Assembly: GCA_022800525.1 (NCBI GenBank) | Contig: JAAWQM010000007.1 | Coordinates: 2,917-66,916 of the forward strand | Reading direction: 5' to 3' | From: Oscillospiraceae bacterium | GTDB lineage: Bacteria > Bacillota > Clostridia > Oscillospirales > Oscillospiraceae | DNA length: 64,000 bases | Shown: positions 45,059 through 53,807 of the stretch, in pieces | How positions within the stretch are numbered: position 1 is the stretch's first letter | Layout of the letters: every line of letters begins with the position of its first letter | Program-made: the position numbers and the translations under genes | The notes under the pieces: model-generated | Databases searched by the model: none | Seen by the model: only the letters and a program-made list of their open reading frames with translations | Told to the model about the DNA's origin: nothing

Positions 45059-45652
45059 GTGAAACGAGGTAAGACCTTTATCATCTGCGGCCCGTCCGGG
45101 GTGGGGAAGGGCACTGTGGTGGCCCGGCTGCTGGCCAGCGACCCCACGCTGTATTTCTCCGTATCCGCCACGACCCGCGCCCCGCGGCACGGGGAGGTGG
45201 ACGGGGTCCACTACCACTTTCTGTCCATGGAGCAGTTTGAGAAGTGGATTGAAGAGGACCAGTTTTTGGAGCACGCCCAATTTGTGGGCAACCGCTATGG
45301 CACCCCCCGGCTCTATGTGGACAAAGCCATGGAGCAGGGGAGGGATGTGCTGCTGGATATTGAAATTCAGGGCGCGGAGCAGGTGAAGGGGAAGCGGCCG
45401 GAAACGGTCCGGATTTATGTGGCTCCTCCCAGCTGGGCGGAGCTGGAGCGGCGGCTGGTTGGGAGAGGCACCGAGGATATGGAGAAGGTGCGCTCCCGTC
45501 TTGCCAGGGGCAGGGAGGAGTTTGCCGCCGCAAAGGATTTTGACTATTTTGTTATCAACGATACCGTGGACCACGCTGTGGACGAGATTCGGGCCATCAT
45601 GCTGGCGGAGCACTGCCGGCCGGATGAACGGATTGCGCTGATTGACCAGTAA
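45059..45652 (+). CDS. gmk: guanylate kinase
   Basis: GTG 45059. IICGPSGVGKGT P-loop, YHFLS, NRYGTP motifs. Confidence 0.93.
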   Translation: MKRGKTFIICGPSGVGKGTVVARLLASDPTLYFSVSATTRAPRHGEVDGVHYHFLSMEQFEKWIEEDQFLEHAQFVGNRYGTPRLYVDKAMEQGRDVLLDIEIQGAEQVKGKRPETVRIYVAPPSWAELERRLVGRGTEDMEKVRSRLARGREEFAAAKDFDYFVINDTVDHAVDEIRAIMLAEHCRPDERIALIDQ

Positions 45653-45776
45653 GAGGATATCATGAGAATCGGAGAAGTCAGCATGAGTTTTTTTGATCCG
45701 GATGGCAACGTAGTTTATTTCAGGAGCTTCCAAAAGTAATCTTTATGAAATTATGTGAAAAAGGAATGATCTTATT

Positions 45777-45995
45777 ATGATGCTCTATCCCGCAATGAAT
45801 AAGCTGACCGCCAATGTCCCCAACCGCTACCTGCTGGTGAACGTGGTAGCCCGCAGGGCCCGCCAGATTGCCCAGGAGGCGGAGGATAACGGTGAAAAGA
45901 TGAATGTGAAGCCGGTGACTCTGGCAATCAACGAGGTGGCCGACGGTCAGATTTCTGTCGCCGCCTCCGATGTGGTGATCGAAAACGTGGAGTAA
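45777..45995 (+). CDS. rpoZ: DNA-directed RNA polymerase subunit omega
   Basis: 72 aa. NRYLLVNVVARRARQI is the omega signature. Conserved gmk-rpoZ order. Confidence 0.9.
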   Translation: MMLYPAMNKLTANVPNRYLLVNVVARRARQIAQEAEDNGEKMNVKPVTLAINEVADGQISVAASDVVIENVE

Positions 45996-46045
45996 TCCAA
46001 GCCGCTTATTCCGGGCGGCAACAAAACGCGCTGAGGTGATCTCCT

Positions 46046-48499
46046 ATGGAGCAGGCCCGTGTGGCCAGAGTGGCGGTCAGCGCCGCCACCTATACCATTG
46101 ACAAGCCATATGACTACCTGATTCCGGAGCCTCTGGCGGAGAAGATCAAGCCAGGGGTGCGGGTTGCCGTACCCTTCGGCAGGGGCAACCGGTTCAGCGA
46201 GGGGATGGTACTTGCCGTCACCCAGGACAGCAAGCGGGAGGACCTGAAGGCTGTGGCGGAAGCGCTGGACGACGAAAGCGTTCTGGACAGCAGTCAGATC
46301 AAGCTGGCGCTGTGGCTGCGGGAGCGGTATTTCTGTACGCTCTATGACGCAGTCAAAACGCTGTTGCCTGCCGGGCTGTGGTACCGGGTGCGGGAAATCT
46401 GCACCCTGGCCGTGGATCGGGAGGCCGCTCTGGAGGCCGGGGCCAACGAGAAGGAGAGCCGCGTCCTGGAGGCCCTCGCCGCTCACGGCGGGACCGCTGC
46501 GCTGGAGACGCTGCGCCTCGCCTGCGGCGAGACGGCTGCGGCAGTGGCTCGCGAGCTCCAGCGGCGGGGTGTTGTGACCATTGACGCCACCGCCGCGAAG
46601 AAGATCGCTGACAAGCAGGCCAGACAGGTGACGCTGGCTGTCACGGCTGAAGAGGCTATGGCGGCGGTGGAGCCCAAGCGTCGTTCCGCGCCTATGCGCT
46701 ATGAAGTCATCAGGCTGCTGTGCGCGGGCGGCAGCGCGTTGTCCAGCGACATCTGCTATTTTACCGGATGTGCGCCTCAGACGCTGAAAAGTCTGGAGAA
46801 GAGCGGTCTGGTGACCTTCTCCCAGGTGGAAGTCCTCCGCGTGCCAAAGCTGGACCCGGCGGATGGCGGCCCGATTCTGCTCAGTGAGGAGCAGCAGGCC
46901 GCTTACGACGTGATTCTTGCTCAGACGGACACGGGGGCGGCTTCCTGCGCCCTTCTGTACGGCGTCACCGGGAGCGGGAAGACCGCTGTCTATATCCGGC
47001 TGCTGCAGGAAATCGTCCGGCGCGGGAAGCGGGGGATGATCCTTGTGCCGGAGATTGCGCTGACGCCCCAGATGATGGCGAAATTCAGCGCGTATTTTGG
47101 CGGCCGGGTGGTGATGCTTCACAGCGGCCTGCGCATGAGCGAGCGATATGACCAGTGGAAGCGCATCCGCCGGGGGGAGGTGGACGTGGTCCTGGGTACC
47201 CGCAGCGCGGTGTTCGCACCGCTGGCGAACCTGGGAATGATTATTCTGGACGAGGAGCATGAGAGCAGCTACAGCTCTGAGAATCCGCCCCGCTACCATG
47301 CCAGAGACGTGGCGAAGTACCTCTGCTCCCAGCAGGGAGCGACGCTGGTGCTGGGCTCGGCTACGCCCTCGGTGGAGAGCACCTTCCAGGCTCAGCGGGG
47401 CGTGTATCAGAAGCTGATTTTGCGTTCTCGGTTCAACCGCCAGCCGCTGCCCCGCGTGGTGATTGCCGACATGAGGGAGGAGGTCCGCGCCGGAAACGCC
47501 GGGATGGTCAGCATGCCGCTGCGCCAGGAGCTGGAGGCCAATCTCTCCCGGGGGGAACAGAGCATCCTCTTCCTCAACCGCCGGGGCAGCAGCCGGATGC
47601 TGCTGTGCGGCGAGTGCGGCGAAGCGCCGCAATGTCCCCGGTGCAGCGTGCCGCTGACCTATCACAGCGCCAACGGGCGGCTCATGTGCCATTACTGCGG
47701 GCACTCGGAGCGGGCGGACAACAGCTGCCCGGAGTGCGGCGGTCTGATGAAGCAGGTGGGCGCCGGGACCCAGAAGGTGGAGGAGGAGCTGAAGGAGCTG
47801 TTTCCCTCCGCCGGGGTGCTGCGCATGGACGCGGACACGGTTTCCGGCAATCATGAGGCTCTGCTGGACCGTTTTGAGAGAGAACGCGTTCCAATCCTTC
47901 TTGGCACCCAGATGGTGGCCAAGGGGTTGGATTTTGAAAATGTAACCCTGGTGGGCGTTCTGGCGGCGGATCTGGGATTGTATATGGACAACTACCACGC
48001 CGCGGAGCGGACATTCAGCCTGCTGACGCAGGTGGTAGGCCGGGCGGGACGTGGGAGCAAGGATGGCCGGGCCGTGATCCAGACCTTCACGCCGGACAAC
48101 GAGGTTATCACCAGCGCAGCCGCTCAGGACTATAACAGCTTTTACGCGGCGGAGATCCGCATCCGGCGGGCCCGCCAGTATCCGCCCTTTGCGGATATTT
48201 TTACACTGACCATCTCTGGTCCCGGGGAGGGGAATGTGCTCCGCGCCGCCGCTCAGCTGCGGGAGGCCATGCGGGCCGGGCTGCGGTATCCCACAGCCGC
48301 CAACATGAGCGTGGAGATTCTGGGACCTGCCCCCGCGCCAATCGTGAAGGTGAACAACCGCTACCGCTACCGTGTGTACTGGGTGGGGCGCAACGACCAT
48401 ACTACCCGGGAAATGCTGGGCTACTACATCAGGGCGTTCCATCAGAAGAAGGAAAATCGTGGGATGAATCTGTTCGTAGACTGCAATGCGGAGGACTGA
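46046..48499 (+). CDS. priA: primosomal protein N' (PriA helicase)
   Basis: 817 aa. GVTGSGKT Walker A, ILDEEHE, Cys-rich zinc insert CGECG...CPRC...CHYCG...CPECG. Confidence 0.95.
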   Translation: MEQARVARVAVSAATYTIDKPYDYLIPEPLAEKIKPGVRVAVPFGRGNRFSEGMVLAVTQDSKREDLKAVAEALDDESVLDSSQIKLALWLRERYFCTLYDAVKTLLPAGLWYRVREICTLAVDREAALEAGANEKESRVLEALAAHGGTAALETLRLACGETAAAVARELQRRGVVTIDATAAKKIADKQARQVTLAVTAEEAMAAVEPKRRSAPMRYEVIRLLCAGGSALSSDICYFTGCAPQTLKSLEKSGLVTFSQVEVLRVPKLDPADGGPILLSEEQQAAYDVILAQTDTGAASCALLYGVTGSGKTAVYIRLLQEIVRRGKRGMILVPEIALTPQMMAKFSAYFGGRVVMLHSGLRMSERYDQWKRIRRGEVDVVLGTRSAVFAPLANLGMIILDEEHESSYSSENPPRYHARDVAKYLCSQQGATLVLGSATPSVESTFQAQRGVYQKLILRSRFNRQPLPRVVIADMREEVRAGNAGMVSMPLRQELEANLSRGEQSILFLNRRGSSRMLLCGECGEAPQCPRCSVPLTYHSANGRLMCHYCGHSERADNSCPECGGLMKQVGAGTQKVEEELKELFPSAGVLRMDADTVSGNHEALLDRFERERVPILLGTQMVAKGLDFENVTLVGVLAADLGLYMDNYHAAERTFSLLTQVVGRAGRGSKDGRAVIQTFTPDNEVITSAAAQDYNSFYAAEIRIRRARQYPPFADIFTLTISGPGEGNVLRAAAQLREAMRAGLRYPTAANMSVEILGPAPAPIVKVNNRYRYRVYWVGRNDHTTREMLGYYIRAFHQKKENRGMNLFVDCNAED

Positions 48500-48557
48500 G
48501 CAAAACGGAAGATCAGAAACGAGTGTTTGAACCCGCAAAGAGGAGGATATAATAGCT

Positions 48558-49049
48558 ATGGCTATTCGCAAGATCGTTACCCAAGGTGACCCGCTCCTGA
48601 ATAAGAAGTGCCGTCCGGTGACGGATTTCAACCGGCGCCTCCACGTCCTGCTGGATGACATGAGGGATACTCTGACAGAGGCTCAGGGGGCCGGTCTGGC
48701 CGCGCCTCAAGTGGGCATCCTCCGCCGGGCCGTTGTCATTGACGGCGGTGAGGACGATATCCTGGAGCTGGTGAATCCGGAAATTCTGGAGCAGTCCGGC
48801 GAGCAGACCGGGCCGGAGGGCTGTCTCAGCGTGCCGGGGAAGTGGGGGCTGGTAAGCCGCCCTAACTTCGTGCGTGTCCGCGCCCAGGACCGGTATGGGG
48901 AGTGGTTCGAGGTGGAGGGAGACGAGCTGATGGCCCGGTGCTTCTGCCATGAGATCGAGCACCTGGATGGGCACCTTTATGTGGAGCATATCGACCACTT
49001 CCTCTCGGATGAGGAGCTGGAAGCCTACTTGGCCGGGGAGGAGAACTGA
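48558..49049 (+). CDS. def: peptide deformylase
   Basis: GAGLAAPQVG, EGCLSVPG, CHEIEHLDG motifs. Confidence 0.95.
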   Translation: MAIRKIVTQGDPLLNKKCRPVTDFNRRLHVLLDDMRDTLTEAQGAGLAAPQVGILRRAVVIDGGEDDILELVNPEILEQSGEQTGPEGCLSVPGKWGLVSRPNFVRVRAQDRYGEWFEVEGDELMARCFCHEIEHLDGHLYVEHIDHFLSDEELEAYLAGEEN

Positions 49050-49051
49050 GT

Positions 49052-49969
49052 ATGCGTGTCGTATTTATGGGAACGCCGGCCTTTGCGGCGGCGGTGCTCC
49101 GCCGTCTGGTGGACGACAAGTGGGATATAGCGGCGGCCTACACGCAGCCTGATAAACCTAAAAACCGCGGAATGAAGCTGGCGCCAACGCCTGTAAAGGA
49201 GTTTGCCCTTGCGCATGATATCCCCGTTTATCAGCCGGCCTCCTGCCGGGATGAGGCGGTTTTGGAGGAGCTGCGGGATCTGGAGCCGGATATCATCATG
49301 GTGGCGGCCTACGGCAAGCTGCTGCCCAAGGCGCTGCTGGAAATTCCCAGGACTGCCACGCTCAATGTCCATTCCTCTGTCCTGCCCCAGTATCGTGGGG
49401 CCGCGCCCATCAACTGGGCGGTGCTCAACGGGGACCAGGAGACGGGGGTTACAATTCAATACATGGCTGAGGAACTGGACACAGGCGACATCCTGCTGGT
49501 CAGGAAGACAGCCATCCCGCCGGATGAGGATGCCGCCTCCCTGTATGACCGTCTGGCGGAGCTGGGCGGCGAGGCGGCCAGTGAAGCGCTGCGCCTGCTG
49601 GAGCAGGGAAGCGCTCCCCGCACGCCCCAGATTTACGGTCCGCAGTACCAGTACGCCTCCATGCTTTCCCGGGAAATGTCTCCCATGGACTGGACGAGAC
49701 CGGCGGCGGCGCTGGTCAATCAGGTTCGCGGGCTGCTCCCCTGGCCCTGCGCCGCCACGGATGTGGCCGGGGTGCGCTGGAAGGTGTTCCGGGCACATGT
49801 GGGCGGAGAGACGGAAAAGGCCCCCGGTACGATCCTTTCCGCCGGAAAGGACGGCGTCGCCGTGGCCTGCGGCGACGGCAGGAGCCTTGTCATCACGCAG
49901 CTCCAGGCCGATGGAGGAAAACGGATGGCTGCCGCCGACTACCTGCGGGGTCACCCCATTTATTGTTAA
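49052..49969 (+). CDS. fmt: methionyl-tRNA formyltransferase
   Basis: MRVVFMGTPAFA, NVHSSVLPQYRGAAPI motifs. Confidence 0.95.
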   Translation: MRVVFMGTPAFAAAVLRRLVDDKWDIAAAYTQPDKPKNRGMKLAPTPVKEFALAHDIPVYQPASCRDEAVLEELRDLEPDIIMVAAYGKLLPKALLEIPRTATLNVHSSVLPQYRGAAPINWAVLNGDQETGVTIQYMAEELDTGDILLVRKTAIPPDEDAASLYDRLAELGGEAASEALRLLEQGSAPRTPQIYGPQYQYASMLSREMSPMDWTRPAAALVNQVRGLLPWPCAATDVAGVRWKVFRAHVGGETEKAPGTILSAGKDGVAVACGDGRSLVITQLQADGGKRMAAADYLRGHPIYC

Positions 49970-49985
49970 AGAGGGAAGCGAGCAT

Positions 49986-50693
49986 ATGCCTTCACATTTT
50001 TATTACAACACGATCTACTGGATTGTTTTGATCCCAGTGCTGGTTTTGTCTGTTTATGCCCAGTTCAAGGTCAGCTCCAGCTTCAACCGCTACAGCCAGG
50101 TGCGCAGCCGCCGGGGCATTACCGGCGCGCAGGCCGCCTATGAGGTGCTGCGGGCTCACGGGGTCTGCGACGTGGTTATCAAGCCCTGCCGGGGAAGCCT
50201 TACCGACCACTATGATCCACGGGATAATACAATCTACCTTTCCGAGCCGGTCTACAATGCCGCCACTGTAGCGGCGGTGGGGGTGGCTGCCCATGAGGCG
50301 GGGCACGCGGTGCAGTACGCCCTGGGCTACGGGCCGGTGCGTGTGCGCTCCGCAATCATTCCTGTCACACAATTTGGCTCCAAATTCGCCTTTATTGCCC
50401 TTTTCTTGGGGCTTTTGCTGTATTCTCAGCCGATGTTTGCCGTGGGGATTGTTCTCTTTGGCCTCACCACGGTGTTCCAGCTTGTGACGCTTCCGGTGGA
50501 GTTTGACGCCTCTGCCCGCGCGTTGGCAACCATTGATGGAACCCAGCTTCTGGATCAGGACGAGCGGGCGGGCGCGAAAAAGGTTCTGACCGCCGCCGCG
50601 CTGACCTATGTGGCGGCGCTGCTGATGAGCCTGCTGCAACTGCTGCGGTATCTGCTGATCTTCGCAGGGCGTGACGACCGGGGGCGGCGCTGA
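49986..50693 (+). CDS. membrane zinc metallopeptidase (Zn_peptidase_2 family)
   Basis: 235 aa from ATG 49986. AHEAGHAVQ HExxH motif with flanking TM segments. Confidence 0.8.
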   Translation: MPSHFYYNTIYWIVLIPVLVLSVYAQFKVSSSFNRYSQVRSRRGITGAQAAYEVLRAHGVCDVVIKPCRGSLTDHYDPRDNTIYLSEPVYNAATVAAVGVAAHEAGHAVQYALGYGPVRVRSAIIPVTQFGSKFAFIALFLGLLLYSQPMFAVGIVLFGLTTVFQLVTLPVEFDASARALATIDGTQLLDQDERAGAKKVLTAAALTYVAALLMSLLQLLRYLLIFAGRDDRGRR

Positions 50694-52009
50694 TGGCTAC
50701 CGGAAGGGAAGCGGCGGTGGATGCTCTCACTGCCTGCCGCAGATTGGAGGCATGGTCGGACGGCAGCCTGAAGGCCGCCTGCCGGGGTCTGGACCGCCGG
50801 GAGGCGGCGCTGGCCGCGCGGCTGACCTACGGCGTACTGCAAAACCGGGCGCTGCTGGATTTCTACCTGGGAAAGTATTGCAGCCAAAGCCCTGACAAGT
50901 TGGAGCCCTTTATCCGTGATGTGCTGCGTCTGGGCGCGTATCAGATTTTGTATATGGACCGGATACCGGACAGCGCTGCCGTTGACGAGAGCGTGGAGCT
51001 GGTCAAGCGGCGCAGACGCCAGCGGGCGGCGGGGATGGTCAATGCCGTCCTGCGGAGAGTGAGCCGGGAAAAGGCGTCCCTTCCGGCGATTCCGGAGGAT
51101 GATCCCGCCGCATATCTGTCCCTGCGCTACAGCCATCCGAAGTGGTTGGCGGAGCGGCTTCTGGAGCTGCTGGGCAGGGCGGAGGCGGAGGAATATCTCC
51201 GCTTGGACAACGAAAGCGTTCCGACCACAATCCAGCGCAACTCCCTGCGGTGTACCGCCGCGCAGTTGACGGAAGGCTTGGAGGCCTCCGGCGCGAAGCT
51301 GACGCCTCACCCATGGATGCCGGAGTGCTGGCAGCTGTCCGGCGGCGGAGACCTGGAGGCCATGCCCGCCTTTCAGGACGGCTGGTTTCAGGTTCAGGAC
51401 GCCGCCGCGAAGGCGGCTGCGCTGGCTGCCGGAGCAAAGAGCGGCGACCGGGTTCTGGACGTATGCGCCGCGCCGGGGGGGAAGTCCTTCGCCGCCGCGA
51501 TGGAGATGGGGGATGTGGGAGAAGTTGTTGCCTGCGATATCCACCCCCATAAGCTGGCCCTGATTGAAAAGGGCGCCCGGCGGCTGGGGCTGGCCTGCGT
51601 CATCCCGGAGCTGGCTGACGGGCGGCAGAAGCGTGAGGCGTGGCTTGAGCGGTTTGACGTGGTAATCTGCGACGTTCCGTGTTCGGGACTTGGCATCATC
51701 CGGAAGAAGCCGGACATCCGCTATAAGGCGCCCGATGTCCTGGCGGGCCTGCCCGGCGTGCAGAGAGCGATCCTGGACAACGCCTGCCGGTATGTCCGGC
51801 CCGGAGGCGCGCTGCTGTACGCCACCTGTACGGTCCTGCCGGAGGAAAACGCGGAAATCACGGACGGCTTTCTGGCCAGTCACAGGGATTTCCGCAAGGA
51901 GCCTTTCGCGCTGCCCGGCATGACGGAGGAAAACGACGGGAGCCTGAGCCTGTGGCCCCAGCGCCACGGGACGGACGGCTTTTACATCTGCAAAATGAGG
52001 AAACTATGA
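50693..52009 (+). CDS. rsmB: 16S rRNA (cytosine967-C5)-methyltransferase RsmB
   Basis: 438 aa: N-terminal NusB-like domain, DVCAAPGGKS SAM motif, DVPCSGLG, ATCT catalytic Cys. Confidence 0.9.
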   Translation: MATGREAAVDALTACRRLEAWSDGSLKAACRGLDRREAALAARLTYGVLQNRALLDFYLGKYCSQSPDKLEPFIRDVLRLGAYQILYMDRIPDSAAVDESVELVKRRRRQRAAGMVNAVLRRVSREKASLPAIPEDDPAAYLSLRYSHPKWLAERLLELLGRAEAEEYLRLDNESVPTTIQRNSLRCTAAQLTEGLEASGAKLTPHPWMPECWQLSGGGDLEAMPAFQDGWFQVQDAAAKAAALAAGAKSGDRVLDVCAAPGGKSFAAAMEMGDVGEVVACDIHPHKLALIEKGARRLGLACVIPELADGRQKREAWLERFDVVICDVPCSGLGIIRKKPDIRYKAPDVLAGLPGVQRAILDNACRYVRPGGALLYATCTVLPEENAEITDGFLASHRDFRKEPFALPGMTEENDGSLSLWPQRHGTDGFYICKMRKL

Positions 52010-53043
52010 GCGAAGAAATGCGGTCCATGGACCTGGAGGAGCTGACAACGGCTCTGACGGAAATGGGGGAATCTGCCTTCCGGGGCAGGCAGGTCTTTAC
52101 CTGGCTCCACCGGGGCGTCCGTTCCTTTGACGAAATGAGCGATGTCTCCAAGGCCCTGCGGGAAAAATTGGCGGCGCGATACCGCCTGGGCGGGCCAACG
52201 GCGGTCCGGAAACAGGTTTCCAGAGAGGATGGGACCATCAAGTACCTCTGGGAGCTGTACGATGGCAACTGCATTGAGACGGTGCTGATGCGCTACCGCC
52301 ATGGCAACACGGTGTGCGTCTCCACCCAGGCGGGGTGCCGCATGGGGTGCGCCTTCTGCGCGTCCACCCTGGGCGGGAAGGTCCGGGACCTCACTCCGGG
52401 CGAGATTCTGGAGCAGGTGATTTTTACCCGGCTGGACAGCGGCGTCCCGGTTTCCAACATTGTTCTGATGGGGATTGGGGAACCGATGGACAACTTGGAC
52501 AACGTGCTGAAATTTCTGGAGCTGGTGAACCATCCGCTGGGGCTGAACATCGGGATGCGGCATATCAGCCTGTCCACCTGCGGCGTCCTGCCGGGCATCC
52601 GGCGGCTGGGGGAGCTGGGACTGCAATTGACGCTCTCGGTGTCCCTCCACGCGCCGGACAGCGAGACCAGGAGCCGGATCATGCCGGTGAACCGGGCCTA
52701 TGACGTGGACGAGCTGTTCAAAGCCTGCCACGACTATTTCAAAAAGACAGGACGCCGGATCAGCTTTGAGTACGCCATGATTGACGGCGTCAACGACGCG
52801 GACTGGCAGGCGGACCTGATTGTCAAAAAGCTGCGGGGGATGCCGGGACATGTGAACCTGATTCCGCTCAACGACGTGGCGGAGTCTCCGCTGAAGCCCA
52901 GCCGCCGCACCCGGAAGTTTCAGCAGCGGCTGGAGAGTCAGGGCGTCACCGCCACCGTGCGGCGGAGCCTGGGCGGGGATATCGACGCCAGCTGCGGCCA
53001 GCTGCGCCGGAAGGCAATGGAAAGAAAGGAATGCGAAGTATGA
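52006..53043 (+). CDS. rlmN: 23S rRNA/tRNA A2503 methyltransferase RlmN (radical SAM)
   Basis: FRGRQVFTWLH N-terminus and CRMGCAFC radical-SAM motif. ATGA overlap with rsmB. Confidence 0.93.
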   Translation: MSEEMRSMDLEELTTALTEMGESAFRGRQVFTWLHRGVRSFDEMSDVSKALREKLAARYRLGGPTAVRKQVSREDGTIKYLWELYDGNCIETVLMRYRHGNTVCVSTQAGCRMGCAFCASTLGGKVRDLTPGEILEQVIFTRLDSGVPVSNIVLMGIGEPMDNLDNVLKFLELVNHPLGLNIGMRHISLSTCGVLPGIRRLGELGLQLTLSVSLHAPDSETRSRIMPVNRAYDVDELFKACHDYFKKTGRRISFEYAMIDGVNDADWQADLIVKKLRGMPGHVNLIPLNDVAESPLKPSRRTRKFQQRLESQGVTATVRRSLGGDIDASCGQLRRKAMERKECEV

Positions 53044-53780
53044 TGAACATATGGGGCATGACCGACATCGGACTTGTGCGGCGGGAAAATCAGGACGCCT
53101 ACGCCGTCCGGGTCAGCGAGGACAGCGGACACACCATCTGCGTGGTCTGCGACGGTATGGGCGGGCCGGGCGGCGGAAAGCTGGCCAGCAGTCTGGCGGT
53201 GAATGCCTTTATGGACTCCTGCCTTGCCAACCTCCGGCAGGATATGAGCTGGGAGCAGGTGAAGGAGACAGCCGCCTTCGCTGTAGCCGCGGCAAATACC
53301 GCGGTCTATGAGCGGGCCTGCGCTGATCCGGGGCTGAACGGCATGGGGACTACGCTGGTGTCCGCCATCATCCGGGACGGGCGGGCTGTGTTCAACAATG
53401 TGGGCGACAGCCGCGCTTACCTGATTCACGAAGGCGCGATTATCCGGCTCACCAAGGACCACTCTCTGGTGGAGCATCTGGTGGACCAGGGGGACATCAC
53501 GGAGGAGGAGGCGCGCTGCCATCCTCACCGCAACCTGATTACGCGGGCGCTGGGTCCCGACCCGGAAGCCCTCAGCGACAGCTATGAGGCGGACCTGGAG
53601 CCGGGGGACTGGCTGCTGCTTTGTACCGACGGCCTGATTGGTACGGTGACAGACCAGGAAATGGCGCAGGAGCTGACGGCGGACGCTGACGACAACGAGC
53701 GCCTGGGACGGCTGCTGGAGCTGGCGAAGCGGCAGGGCGCGCCGGACAATGTGACCGCCGTGCTGCTGCGGCAGGAGTAA
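53031..53780 (+). CDS. stp: PP2C-family Ser/Thr phosphatase (Stp/PrpC)
   Basis: TDIGLVRRENQDAY, VCDGMGG, GDSRAYL, LCTDGL motifs. The start could be 53031, 53040 or 53043. Confidence 0.9.
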   Translation: MRSMMNIWGMTDIGLVRRENQDAYAVRVSEDSGHTICVVCDGMGGPGGGKLASSLAVNAFMDSCLANLRQDMSWEQVKETAAFAVAAANTAVYERACADPGLNGMGTTLVSAIIRDGRAVFNNVGDSRAYLIHEGAIIRLTKDHSLVEHLVDQGDITEEEARCHPHRNLITRALGPDPEALSDSYEADLEPGDWLLLCTDGLIGTVTDQEMAQELTADADDNERLGRLLELAKRQGAPDNVTAVLLRQE

Positions 53781-53807
53781 ACCGGGAAGAGAAAGGAACA
53801 CTTGACT

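Noticed and set aside
45947-48661. 904-aa minus-strand ORF covering priA. Also 782-aa (34510-36858) and 519-aa (32728-34287) minus-strand ORFs covering polC.
   Set aside because: The plus-strand products carry unmistakable PriA and PolC motifs. The antisense translations are low-complexity and Arg/Gly/Pro/Leu/Gln-rich.
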